From a bacterium (GTDB lineage Bacteria; UBP14; UBA6098; B30-G16), in contig JAUWMV010000001.1 in the NCBI GenBank assembly GCA_030613005.1, forward strand, positions 7,771 through 71,770: DNA of 64,000 nt, read 5' to 3'. The notes under the pieces were generated by a model, which worked only from the letters and a program-made list of their open reading frames with translations, was not told where the DNA came from and did no database searches. Below are positions 27,832 to 37,640 of the stretch, in pieces; position 1 is the stretch's first letter; every line of letters begins with the position of its first letter. The position numbers and the translations under genes are program-made.

Positions 27832-28866
27832 CTACTTAGATTCCAAATCCTTCAATGTTTCTCGCATGTCTATTTTGCCCATACAGTTCTCGATACATCT
27901 ACCACAACCAGTACAAGCATTTATTTCATATCTCCAATTGTAATGAAAAAATTTATGATTATAACGATGTTTAAATCTCTCAACTAAACTACCCCGTGGA
28001 TTCAAACCACCTGCCATAAACGAGAAACGTTGATATTTACAGGAATCAAGAGCAATAAACCTGTCTGTAAGCCCATCTTTTCCGGGAACATCATATATGC
28101 TGAAACAAAAACAAGTTGGGCATACATAAGTGCATGCTGCACAGGTGACACAAGTCGAACCATGAATATCCCAAGATTTGCTATCTGGATTTTTCTCTAC
28201 AAGATTCCTATATGTTTCAGTGGTTTTATATTTACTATTTTGTGCTTCAAGCTTCTCTTTGATTATTTTACGACGTTGATCTATTTTCGCTAAAATATCA
28301 GTGCTTACATCAGGTAAGTCTAAACCTGCAATGGCGTTTGCTCCTTTTTCAGATCCAACAAAGAGAACATATCCATCATTTACTGGTGAGAGAGATAGAT
28401 CGAATGTATTATCTGTTGGGTATGGCTCAAGGTCCATAAGATTGCAGAAACAAGTGGTGGCAATATCCAGACAATCCGCTCCAATCAATAGTGTGTTCTC
28501 TCTTGCTGCAATATAATGGGCATCTTTGTAGTCGGGATCATCTTTGAATACATTGTCCCAGATTTTTATCGCTTTCAAATCGCATTGCTTTAATCCAATA
28601 ACGACCTTGGGTTCTACTTTAAGATCCAGATAGCGCCATTCATCATTAAAATATTCAGCAACTTTTTTTCTGGCTTTAACAAATATGAATTTAGCTGGTT
28701 CTGCTGCTCGGATTGTGGGAAAATCATATGTCTTATATTCGTCTTCTGTAAGCAGTTTTAAACGAGCTCCCTCTGGAGTGTTTTCGAATCGATAGATACT
28801 ACCCCAAGTTGAAAGCAATCTGGTAAATTCACCAATCTTATCGCCTGAAAGGAAGTACGCTGGCAT
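27832..28866 (-). CDS. 4Fe-4S dicluster subunit of the AsrA / sulfhydrogenase-beta (HydB) family.
   Basis: CVTCAACTYVCPTC and CTGCGRCIENCMG ferredoxin motifs in the C-terminal third. 344 aa. It is adjacent to an AsrB-like partner. Confidence 0.7.
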   Translation of the reverse strand: MPAYFLSGDKIGEFTRLLSTWGSIYRFENTPEGARLKLLTEDEYKTYDFPTIRAAEPAKFIFVKARKKVAEYFNDEWRYLDLKVEPKVVIGLKQCDLKAIKIWDNVFKDDPDYKDAHYIAARENTLLIGADCLDIATTCFCNLMDLEPYPTDNTFDLSLSPVNDGYVLFVGSEKGANAIAGLDLPDVSTDILAKIDQRRKIIKEKLEAQNSKYKTTETYRNLVEKNPDSKSWDIHGSTCVTCAACTYVCPTCFCFSIYDVPGKDGLTDRFIALDSCKYQRFSFMAGGLNPRGSLVERFKHRYNHKFFHYNWRYEINACTGCGRCIENCMGKIDMRETLKDLESK

Positions 28867-29134
28867 AATACCCCCAGTTAAGTGATTTTCTTCACATGTG
28901 GAAAGTTAATTTTTTTTAAATAACTGTCAATCTATTTTATAGCATGGTTGCGTTTTAATTATTTAAAGTGCATTTTCGGATGTTACTCGATTAATATTTT
29001 AACTCGAAAAATTGGAATTATAATTTATGAATTGTTTGATTATATGATACTTTTGAAGGTTCTCTTTTATTTCACTTGTGGAAATTTGTCATTTCTTTAT
29101 CTTTGCTCCGAATGTACTAAGTTGGAGGTGTATA

Positions 29135-29671
29135 TTGGAAAAAACTATTATGGATGAGGCTGCAATTGCCAGAAGTCTAGAGAGAATTTCAAGCCAAATC
29201 TTTGAAAACAACCCGAATATTAAGAAATTAGCTATTGTTGGAATCAGAGAAAGAGGTGATGATTTAGCTAAGAGAATATTAAAAATCGTTGAAACTCATT
29301 GCAATGAAAAACCTGCATTCGGTCAGGTTGATATTACTCTTTATCGAGATGACTTCCGTGAGCTTACAGATATTCCTGTGACAAAGGGTTCTGAATTTAG
29401 ATTTAATCCCAAAGACATGGTTGTCATTCTCGTCGATGATGTGTTATATACTGGAAGGACTGTTCGGTCTGCAATTGACGTTATACTCGACTTTGGAAGA
29501 CCTCGCAGCATTCAGCTTGCGGTTCTTATCGATCGAGGAGGACGTGAACTCCCAATTTGTCCAGATTACGTAGGTTTGTCGGTTCAACTTAGGGTTGACG
29601 AATATGTACAGGTTCTTACCGCTGAAACAGACGGTATGGATCAAGTTTTACTGAGATTAAGGAAGAAATAA
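29135..29671 (+). CDS. pyrR: Pyrimidine operon regulator / uracil phosphoribosyltransferase PyrR. TTG start after GGAGG; an alternative ATG lies at 29150.
   Basis: ILDEAAIARSLERI…VDITLYRDDF…VILVDDVLYTGRTVRSAIDVI is a PRTase motif with PyrR-specific N-terminal sequence. Confidence 0.85.
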   Translation: MEKTIMDEAAIARSLERISSQIFENNPNIKKLAIVGIRERGDDLAKRILKIVETHCNEKPAFGQVDITLYRDDFRELTDIPVTKGSEFRFNPKDMVVILVDDVLYTGRTVRSAIDVILDFGRPRSIQLAVLIDRGGRELPICPDYVGLSVQLRVDEYVQVLTAETDGMDQVLLRLRKK

Positions 29672-29692
29672 TAGTCCATTATTGGGGGTAGG

Positions 29693-30619
29693 ATGACCTT
29701 TGAACACAAGAGTCTTATTGGATTGAGGGAGATTTCTGCTGATGAGATAATGTTTCTTCTCGATGAAGCGAAAGCATTTAGAAATATACTTGACCGAGAG
29801 ATAAAAAAAGTTCCTACATTACGATGGTTGACCGTTGTTAACCTTTTTTATGAACCTTCAACTCGAACCCGGATTTCCTTTGAACTTGCTGAGAAGCGAT
29901 TATCCGCTGATGTTGTTAATTTTTCAATAACTGGATCGAGTGTATCTAAAGGCGAATCACTTAGAGATACAATTAATAACATTTTAGCAATGAAAGTTGA
30001 TATGGTTGTTGTTCGACATTCCAGTGTTGGTGCTGCATATTACATTGCAAGAGAATGCGATGTTCCAGTGATTAATGCCGGAGATGGCACTAACGAGCAT
30101 CCAACTCAGGCTTTATTAGATTTATTTACAATAAATCAGAGATTTGGTTATTTCAGAGGTCTTAGAGTTGTAATCGTCGGTGATATTCGGCACTCGAGAG
30201 TTGCTCGAAGTGACATATGGGGACTAAAGAAGTTAGGTGCATCTGTCGCAATATGCGGACCCAGAACTCTTTTACCTCAGAATTGCGATGTTTTTGGTGT
30301 TGATGTTTATACCGATCTCGAGGAGGCACTTTCAGGTGCTAATGTTGTTAATGTTTTACGTCTACAGTTTGAAAGACAAAAAGCCGGATATATCCCTTCG
30401 ATTAGAGAATACAGAAAGAAATGGGGTTTAACATCGGAAAGAGTTGCTTTTTTAGACCCAGACCATGCTATAATGCATCCAGGTCCTATGAATAGAGGAG
30501 TGGAAATCGATCCTGATGTTGCCGATTCTGAGGAGTCGGTTATTCTTCCGCAAGTAACAAACGGTGTAGCTGTTCGAATGGCTGTATTGTTTACTCTTGC
30601 CAGTAAAATTAAGAAGTAG
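29693..30619 (+). CDS. pyrB: Aspartate carbamoyltransferase catalytic subunit.
   Basis: STRTRISFELAEKRLSA carbamoyl-phosphate binding motif and the HPTQAL motif. 308 aa. Confidence 0.9.
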   Translation: MTFEHKSLIGLREISADEIMFLLDEAKAFRNILDREIKKVPTLRWLTVVNLFYEPSTRTRISFELAEKRLSADVVNFSITGSSVSKGESLRDTINNILAMKVDMVVVRHSSVGAAYYIARECDVPVINAGDGTNEHPTQALLDLFTINQRFGYFRGLRVVIVGDIRHSRVARSDIWGLKKLGASVAICGPRTLLPQNCDVFGVDVYTDLEEALSGANVVNVLRLQFERQKAGYIPSIREYRKKWGLTSERVAFLDPDHAIMHPGPMNRGVEIDPDVADSEESVILPQVTNGVAVRMAVLFTLASKIKK

Positions 30620-30691
30620 GGGAGTTTTTGGTTTTGAGTGTTCTCTTCATTTATTTTGAATTAATATTTAATGTTACTTTTGGAGATTCTA

Positions 30692-31957
30692 ATGGATTTT
30701 TTTAATGTAACAGGCAGAACTCCACTTAATGGTCAGATTGAAATTTTCGCAGCTAAAAACGCGATTTTACCTATGATTGCTGCTTCTATATTATGCAAAA
30801 ATGGTTCTGTTGTGCTGAATAATATTCCCGATATTCTAGATGTTCGTGTCATGATTAAGGTTGTTGAAAGACTTGGCGCTGAGATTATTTTCGATAGTGA
30901 TAACAATAAACTCTCCATTAATGCTTCAAATTTAAAATCGGTCGAAGCTCCATACGAACTTGTCAGTAAAATGCGTGCAAGCTTTATGGTTCTTGGACCT
31001 CTTCTGGCTAAGTATGGTGAGGCTAAGGTTTCACAACCTGGAGGATGTGCCATTGGTGCAAGACCCATCGATCAACATATAAGAGGATTCGCTAAACTCG
31101 GTGCTGTAGTTACAGATGAACATGGGTACATAGTTGCAAGGTCTGAAGGGAAATTAATTGGAGGTGATTTATATTTTGACAGACCATCCCATACGGGCAC
31201 TGAGAATATTATAATGTCTGCAGTTCTCGCAAAGGGTGAAACAAAGATAATTAATGCTGCACAAGATCCTGAAATTGTCGACTTTGCAAATATGCTAAAT
31301 CTAATGGGGGCTAAAGTTAGTGGAACTGGTACCTCGACTGTAACGATAGAGGGTGTGGAATCTCTTCACGGCGTTGATTACACCCCGATTGGCGATCGCC
31401 TCGAAGCTGGAACCTATCTTTTTGGTGTGATGTCCACTGGAGGAACTATTAAAGTAAATGGGATTAAACCAGAATTCCTGAAAGTTCCGATTTTAAAAAT
31501 CTCTGAAATGGGTGGTGATTTCAAGATGGGTAAGGATTGGATTCGATTAAAAGCACCGAAAAGTACTAAGTCGGTGAATATAATTACCGATCCATATCCA
31601 GGATTTCCTACGGATTTGCAACCAATGGTTATGGCTTCGCTTTGCACAGCTGAGGGAGTGGGTGTGATTTGGGAGAGAGTGTTTGAGAACAGGTTCATCC
31701 ATGTTATGGAATTTAATCGACTGGGTGCGAATATAAGAATATCAGGCGATAGAGCTACGATTATAGGTAATTGGAAACTTGAAGGAACAACAATCATGTG
31801 TTCCGATATAAGAGCTGGAGCCGGATTGCTCATTGCAGCGATGGCTTCAAATGGCAATACAAAATTAAAGAGAGTGTATCACATAGATCGAGGATACCAG
31901 CGTCTCGAGGAGAAGTTCAATACTCTCGGTGCAAAAATTCAAAGGTTAAGCGAATAA
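30692..31957 (+). CDS. murA: UDP-N-acetylglucosamine 1-carboxyvinyltransferase.
   Basis: MDFFNVTGRTPLNGQIEIFAAKNAILPMIAASIL aligns with the MurA N-terminus, and the catalytic Cys region (GGCAIGARPID) is present. The start is chosen at the ATG after GGAG; the track ORF begins at 30671. Confidence 0.9.
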   Translation: MDFFNVTGRTPLNGQIEIFAAKNAILPMIAASILCKNGSVVLNNIPDILDVRVMIKVVERLGAEIIFDSDNNKLSINASNLKSVEAPYELVSKMRASFMVLGPLLAKYGEAKVSQPGGCAIGARPIDQHIRGFAKLGAVVTDEHGYIVARSEGKLIGGDLYFDRPSHTGTENIIMSAVLAKGETKIINAAQDPEIVDFANMLNLMGAKVSGTGTSTVTIEGVESLHGVDYTPIGDRLEAGTYLFGVMSTGGTIKVNGIKPEFLKVPILKISEMGGDFKMGKDWIRLKAPKSTKSVNIITDPYPGFPTDLQPMVMASLCTAEGVGVIWERVFENRFIHVMEFNRLGANIRISGDRATIIGNWKLEGTTIMCSDIRAGAGLLIAAMASNGNTKLKRVYHIDRGYQRLEEKFNTLGAKIQRLSE

Positions 31958-31986
31958 ATTATTGTATTATAGGTTAGTTTATAGAG

Positions 31987-32817
31987 TTAATTGCTTGTAT
32001 TATCTGCGGAAATAATAACAAAATCATCAGCTTCCCATCGGTGAGGAGGTTCCAATTGCATCCATTGTTGTTTGATAACCTTTTCAGGCACAATCCTTAT
32101 TCTATCAATGTTTTGCCTAAGGGAAACTTCTAATGGTATGTCAAAATAGATTATTTTAATTTTATAATTGTGTTTTCTCCCGATTTCGCATATAGCTACT
32201 CTTGATTGACTGGTTAATGATGTTGCATCCCAAATAACCGATTTATTTTGACTAAGCGTCTTTTGAAGTTCTGCAATACAAAATCTATAAGCTAAGCTGC
32301 TTTGCGTAGGATCCACGGGATTAAGAGAGAATTGTCCTCTAACTCGATCCATGCATATATAAGCATATTCGGGAAGATTCCTCCTAATATATGTTGTTTT
32401 TCCACATCCTGCGATTCCTATGGTTAAAGCTAACACTTTACTTTTATCATATGTTATTTGATTATTAGTAAAACTATATTTTACATTACAATGCGATGCT
32501 ATTTCTGTAAATTTCACGATATAATTTTTTACTGTTGGACTTATTTTATTATCAATCATGTTCAATGTATTATTAGCATATTTACTAAGGAGTTTTGGAG
32601 AAATATCTAAACAGATTAATTCTGTGTTGTATTTTCCCGAAATAATATCAGGTAACCACCATAAAAGCCTATATGCTTCTAACCTTGTGGTTGATGAGAA
32701 TTTACAGCTTAGTATCGATTCACGTGCTTTATAATGCAATATTCGAGTTTTCCAAGGATCGCCTATTGCGGAAAAGCCTTTATTAAACGCTTTTTCTATT
32801 TCAATCTCTGAAACCAC
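31987..32817 (-). CDS. Two-domain protein: an unrecognised ~130-aa N-terminal domain plus a C-terminal P-loop kinase domain (AAA_33 / polynucleotide-kinase / zeta-toxin-like).
   Basis: Walker A GIAGCGKTT, Walker B-like VIWDATS, and a C-terminal helical lid. Its orientation is opposite to both flanking genes (murA and gpsA). Confidence 0.5.
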   Translation of the reverse strand: MVSEIEIEKAFNKGFSAIGDPWKTRILHYKARESILSCKFSSTTRLEAYRLLWWLPDIISGKYNTELICLDISPKLLSKYANNTLNMIDNKISPTVKNYIVKFTEIASHCNVKYSFTNNQITYDKSKVLALTIGIAGCGKTTYIRRNLPEYAYICMDRVRGQFSLNPVDPTQSSLAYRFCIAELQKTLSQNKSVIWDATSLTSQSRVAICEIGRKHNYKIKIIYFDIPLEVSLRQNIDRIRIVPEKVIKQQWMQLEPPHRWEADDFVIISADNTSN

Positions 32818-32880
32818 TTTTAATTGAATTATTGCATTAAAGTATTGTATATTTGTTTTATAAATACTATCATGAAATCA

Positions 32881-33879
32881 CTATTCTTTTTTCAATGGTC
32901 GCGTCATAAGTTCAATAACAGTTTTTGCAGGGGACTTATTTTCCCATAGTATTTGGTGAATTGCGGAGGTTATTGGCAACTCTACTGAATAGCGTTTTGC
33001 AAGAGTTAATGCACCTTCAGTTGAAAATACTCCTTCTGCAATTTGTGTCATTGAATCGAGGACTTCCTGCGGTTTTTCTCCTTGTCCAATTCTGAAGCCA
33101 AAAGTAAAATTTCTGCTTTTAGGACTTGTGCATGTGAGAACCATATCCCCAAGCCCAGATATTCCAAAAAGGGTTTCTTTTTTAGCACCCATCTTTTTCC
33201 CAAGCCTAACAAGTTCGGAAAGTCCACGGGTTATTAATCCTGCACGAGCATTCTCTCCCAATTTCATACCAATACTAATACCGGTTGCAATAGCGATTAT
33301 ATTTTTTAGTGCTCCACCCAGCGAAACTCCCAGTGGATCGTTGTTTGTGTATACTCTTAAGGTTTCATCTGAGACGATCTTTTGAATTCTGTTATAAATA
33401 TCGCTCGAACTTGAAGCGCACACAATTACCGTGGGTTTCTGATGCGCTAATTCATTTGCAAATGTGGGACCTGAGAGTACTCCACATCTATTATCGCCAA
33501 ATTTCCCTGATAGAATTTGTATTGGAAAGCGAATTTTTTTCCTTTCAATACCTTTGCTTAAGGAAATGTGAATAGCTTTAGACGAGACATATTTGTGCGA
33601 TAAATCGACAATATTGCTTAAAAACTGAGTGGGTACAGCCCAGAAAACCAGTTCTTTGTTCTTAAGAGCTTTTTGAAGTTCATTGGTTGGTGTTATTGAT
33701 CGGGGAACAACTGCTTCAGGTAGATATATTCTATTTTCCCGGAATTCTAATATTGATTCTGCGACATTACTTTCGTAACACCATAGGTCAAGCCAATGCC
33801 CTAGACGACCAAGGTGAATAGCAAAAGCTGTTCCCCATGCTCCAGCACCAATTATTGCAGTTCTATTCTTCGCTTTCAT
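32881..33879 (-). CDS. gpsA: NAD(P)H-dependent glycerol-3-phosphate dehydrogenase.
   Basis: AIIGAGAWGTAFA Rossmann motif with GpsA catalytic-region similarity. 332 aa. Confidence 0.9.
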   Translation of the reverse strand: MKAKNRTAIIGAGAWGTAFAIHLGRLGHWLDLWCYESNVAESILEFRENRIYLPEAVVPRSITPTNELQKALKNKELVFWAVPTQFLSNIVDLSHKYVSSKAIHISLSKGIERKKIRFPIQILSGKFGDNRCGVLSGPTFANELAHQKPTVIVCASSSSDIYNRIQKIVSDETLRVYTNNDPLGVSLGGALKNIIAIATGISIGMKLGENARAGLITRGLSELVRLGKKMGAKKETLFGISGLGDMVLTCTSPKSRNFTFGFRIGQGEKPQEVLDSMTQIAEGVFSTEGALTLAKRYSVELPITSAIHQILWENKSPAKTVIELMTRPLKKE

Positions 33880-34750
33880 TTGAGATTAACTCTTTCAGTT
33901 GAGCGTCATTTTTTAATGGATCAAGTTCAGGATCTTCTCTTGCCATTTCTTTATAGGCATCATCTAATTCAATTGCTTGTATTATTTCTTCTATAGCAGC
34001 TTCTCTATCATTTTTCGCAAGCATAATAAGTCCTCGATAATAATGTGCAATGCCTAATTCAGGATAGATAGTTAGTGCTGAGTCGATAGCCCATAGCGCA
34101 CTGTCCTGTTGGTTAAGTTTATAATAGGCAACACCTAGTTGAGTAAAGCTAATGGGTTCATTGGGTTGTTTATTAATAAACTCAAGTGCTGCTCTTTTAG
34201 TGCTATCATACCACTCAAGATGGTTGAAGATAATCATTTGGTTTAAGTAAAGACTAAGATATTCAGGATCATATTGTAAAGCATTTCTTATTGCTTTAAT
34301 TGCTTGTTTGTATTCACCAGCGATATCGTATGTGATTGCCAACGAATTGTATAAAAATGCATTTTCACTGTCCCGTTGAATAGCTTGATTAAATGCCACA
34401 AGAGCCATTTTAAAATTGTCATTTCTTCTATATAGTTGCGCCATATATACCCACGGATCCGGATTGTGTGGTGAGAGTTCTGCTGCTTTATTATAGCAGA
34501 TAATTGCAAGAGAATCGTCGCCCAACATATCATATGTTATGCCCATATTAAACCATGTAGCACCAAGGTTCGGTGCAATTTCGAGGGCTTTTTGCCACAT
34601 TTCGATTGCACCCTCAAGATCACCTTCTTCGAATAATTTCTGTGCTTCATTAAATTCCTCGGGTGGTTTCTTAGAATCCTCGATTGCAAAAATTGACGTT
34701 AATAAGAGCAAAATTGTTATAAATATTAGTCTCATTTGTATTCCTTTCAT
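33863..34750 (-). CDS. Secreted TPR-repeat protein.
   Basis: Signal peptide MRLIFITILLLLTSIFA, then at least six TPR units (W-LG-Y…A…F…A-P periodicity). Confidence 0.7.
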   Translation of the reverse strand: MKGIQMRLIFITILLLLTSIFAIEDSKKPPEEFNEAQKLFEEGDLEGAIEMWQKALEIAPNLGATWFNMGITYDMLGDDSLAIICYNKAAELSPHNPDPWVYMAQLYRRNDNFKMALVAFNQAIQRDSENAFLYNSLAITYDIAGEYKQAIKAIRNALQYDPEYLSLYLNQMIIFNHLEWYDSTKRAALEFINKQPNEPISFTQLGVAYYKLNQQDSALWAIDSALTIYPELGIAHYYRGLIMLAKNDREAAIEEIIQAIELDDAYKEMAREDPELDPLKNDAQLKELISNESEE

Positions 34751-34800
34751 ACAGTTTTGATGCTATAATATTTTTTGGTTAAATGGCTTTTTATTTTGAG

Positions 34801-36594
34801 TTATTTTTTTTCAATAAGTCTGAATTCCACACGTCTGTTTAATGCTCTTCCTTCCTCTGTTTCATTATCAGCAATTGCCACACGTTCACCAAAATTAATT
34901 ACTGAAATTTTTTCAGGATTAACCCCCTTTTCTTCGAGCCATTTATCAACTGCACGTGCTCGCCGTGCTGAAAGTTTTAGATTAAAGTCATCTGTTCCTA
35001 TGGAATCTGTATGACCTGAAATTTCTATAAAAAGATATTCATTTTCTTTCAGAATTCTAACAAGCATTTCCAATTCCGGATTAAATTCTGTTTTAATTTC
35101 CCATTTGTTAAACTCGAAATAAATATTCTTAGCTTCAAACATTAAATTAAAATCAAACGGTTTCATTCTTATGTCAAACACAATTGGTGTATCTTCAGGT
35201 GTAATCTGCAGATTCAATTTTGCTTGAAAAGTATCAAAATCCTCACAAAAAGCGGTGAGTGAATATATTTGATCCGAGAAAGTCTGTATCGAATATCTGC
35301 CTGTAACACTATCTGAAATTGTAGATCCTGCATTTTCATCTAATGAACTTGAAATGGTTATTTTAACAGGTAGAGGGTTGTCGAGAGTATCCGAAACATT
35401 ACCTCGTATATATAATGGGAATTTGGGTCGAAGTTCCTTCGGTAGCTCAACCCGGAAAATATCGGTACCACCAAATGTATTGTATCCTGCTGATGAAAAA
35501 TAAGCATAGTGTCCATCTGCTTGAACTGTGTAATAGGCATCCCAAAATATGGTATTCAACTCTTTTCCAAGATTTTTCGGCTTTTCCCAATTTGTCCATG
35601 TATTGTCGAGTCGGCGAGTAACAAACATATCTCCGTTTCCAAGGTTGGGATGACCACTCGATGAAAAGTAAAGAGTAATTGCGTCGGGGGCTAAAAATGG
35701 GGTACCATCAACTCCGGGGGTATTTATTTGACTGCCGAGGTTCAACGGTTTGCTGAAAACTCCTTCATCATCCATGAAGGAAATATAGATATCCAAATCA
35801 CCGAATCCGTCGACACGTTCAAGCGCATATAGTAACGTTTTCCCATCTCTAGATATTGTGGCGCTGATAAATTTATTCTCGGTGCTATATCCTTTAATTT
35901 TTATGGTTTTGGGGAATGTCCAACCGCTTTTAGTTCGATTAGATACGGAAAATCCTAGGGATTTAATACCATGTTTATCATAAGTGCCTAATAGCAGAAG
36001 TGAATTTCCATTGTTAAAGATTGATAAAATGGCATCTGCATATTTCGTATTCAAGGATATTATAGAATTTCTTTTTGTCCATTTTTGTGATATATTTAGA
36101 GACGAATTGTAAATGTCCTGATCGCGGTTTTTCCTGTTCTCTAAAACAAAGAACAAATTTTTACCATCAGGACTTATTGCGGGTAGAATCTCATTGTCTT
36201 TTGAGTTGATTTCCTCAGACAGTCGATGAGCATAATAACCGTATTCCGGAGCGGAAGTAATAGAGGCGAGTTCTTTCCACCAGTATGAAAATTTCTCATC
36301 TTTTTTTTCGAGTATTCTAAAAACTCGAGTGGCTTTATCCCAATCTTTTAATGCGATATAACATTTAGCGAGAGTTGGTAATACAAGTGTTGAGTCGTTT
36401 TTAGTTATGTCCGAAGTGGAAAGCCAATTTTCTATCTGAACAGCAGCTTCTGTGAATTCTCCACGACTGATTATCTGTTGAATTTGTTTAGGAACGATCG
36501 ATCTGGGTATAGTTATTTCTTTCTTAGGTTTTCCAGCACAATCTATGGAAATTAATACCAATAATATGTAAATAATATATCTAATATGTTTCAT
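34801..36594 (-). CDS. OmpA-family outer-membrane protein with N-terminal TPR, a TolB-like (PD40) beta-propeller, and a C-terminal OmpA peptidoglycan-binding domain.
   Basis: PD40 repeats (SPDGKNLFF, SRDGKTLLYAL). OmpA_C motif NIYFEFNKWEI…LSARRARAV…NRRVEF. Confidence 0.75.
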   Translation of the reverse strand: MKHIRYIIYILLVLISIDCAGKPKKEITIPRSIVPKQIQQIISRGEFTEAAVQIENWLSTSDITKNDSTLVLPTLAKCYIALKDWDKATRVFRILEKKDEKFSYWWKELASITSAPEYGYYAHRLSEEINSKDNEILPAISPDGKNLFFVLENRKNRDQDIYNSSLNISQKWTKRNSIISLNTKYADAILSIFNNGNSLLLLGTYDKHGIKSLGFSVSNRTKSGWTFPKTIKIKGYSTENKFISATISRDGKTLLYALERVDGFGDLDIYISFMDDEGVFSKPLNLGSQINTPGVDGTPFLAPDAITLYFSSSGHPNLGNGDMFVTRRLDNTWTNWEKPKNLGKELNTIFWDAYYTVQADGHYAYFSSAGYNTFGGTDIFRVELPKELRPKFPLYIRGNVSDTLDNPLPVKITISSSLDENAGSTISDSVTGRYSIQTFSDQIYSLTAFCEDFDTFQAKLNLQITPEDTPIVFDIRMKPFDFNLMFEAKNIYFEFNKWEIKTEFNPELEMLVRILKENEYLFIEISGHTDSIGTDDFNLKLSARRARAVDKWLEEKGVNPEKISVINFGERVAIADNETEEGRALNRRVEFRLIEKK

Positions 36595-37640
36595 GAGAAA
36601 CTATCCGTTTTTATGTTAAACTTATATACTTCTTCGAGAAGAGCTGACATTAGGGCTACTGCATTTTCAATGTCGGATTTTCTCACAATGCTTTGAGCTG
36701 AGTGGAGATATCGCACAGGAATTGATAGAGCAGCATTAATAACTCCTCTCCGAGATATTTGAATTACAGTAGCATCAGTGCCACCGAATCTTTTTGCAAT
36801 CAATTGATATTTAATATTTCTTTTTGTTGCAATTTCCGATAGAAAATTTATCCATTTTCGGTTGGCAATAAAAGTCCGGTCGGAAAGCCTTAATTCTGGT
36901 CCTTGTCCTTGCTTTGCTAATTTCTTGTGTTCTGGAACGCCCGGCAAATCGTTAGACAATGTACCTTCAAGAGAGATACCTAACTGTGGAGCTATAGTAT
37001 ATGCTGGTGTATATGCACCTCTTAGACCTCTTTCTTCTTGAACAGTTCCAACTAAAAAGAGATCGCAATTTATTTCTTTTGCCATCTTTGCAGATTCAAG
37101 CATAATAAATAAGCCTACTCTATCGTCGAAAGCTTTGCCGATAAATGAAAACTCCGTTTCAATACAATCTCCTTCAAAAGTCACGATATCACCTATTGAA
37201 ATGTTTTCCAGCACAGTTTTGTTATCGAGACCAGTATCGATAAAACAATCTTCTATAGAAGTTGATTTACTTTCGGATTCGGTTTTATCCCTTGTAATAT
37301 GGGGTGGTATAGAACCAACAACACCAACAATTGGACGTTTTCCCCAGATTATAAGTCTTTCTGCATAGAATACTTTCGGGTCGATACCTCCAAGTGGAAT
37401 TACTCTTATAAAGCCTTCTTTGTCGATGTAATTGACGATAAAGGCAACCTCATCCATATGTGCGTCGATCATTAATTTTGAACCGATCCCGGGGATATGC
37501 GCAATAACATTTCCCATTGGGTCAATGCTTATTTCATCTGTTAGGTTTTTAAACTCCCTAATCATTATTGTTCTGATTTTCTCCTCATAGCCGGGAGCAC
37601 CAGGTTCGTCAGAAAGTTCTTTGAGAAGCTTCCAATTCAT
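36591..37640 (-). CDS. M42-family metallo-aminopeptidase (FrvX / deblocking aminopeptidase-like).
   Basis: N-terminal LLKELSDEPGAPGYEEKIR and a conserved HMDEVAF-type metal site (IDAHMDEVAFIV). Confidence 0.8.
   Translation of the reverse strand: MNWKLLKELSDEPGAPGYEEKIRTIMIREFKNLTDEISIDPMGNVIAHIPGIGSKLMIDAHMDEVAFIVNYIDKEGFIRVIPLGGIDPKVFYAERLIIWGKRPIVGVVGSIPPHITRDKTESESKSTSIEDCFIDTGLDNKTVLENISIGDIVTFEGDCIETEFSFIGKAFDDRVGLFIMLESAKMAKEINCDLFLVGTVQEERGLRGAYTPAYTIAPQLGISLEGTLSNDLPGVPEHKKLAKQGQGPELRLSDRTFIANRKWINFLSEIATKRNIKYQLIAKRFGGTDATVIQISRRGVINAALSIPVRYLHSAQSIVRKSDIENAVALMSALLEEVYKFNIKTDSFS

Noticed and set aside
28867-29134. PyrR RNA binding loop or attenuator in the pyrR leader.
   Set aside because: I could not find the conserved binding-loop sequence or a terminator hairpin by eye. 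I have left it as a finding to be tested rather than a feature.
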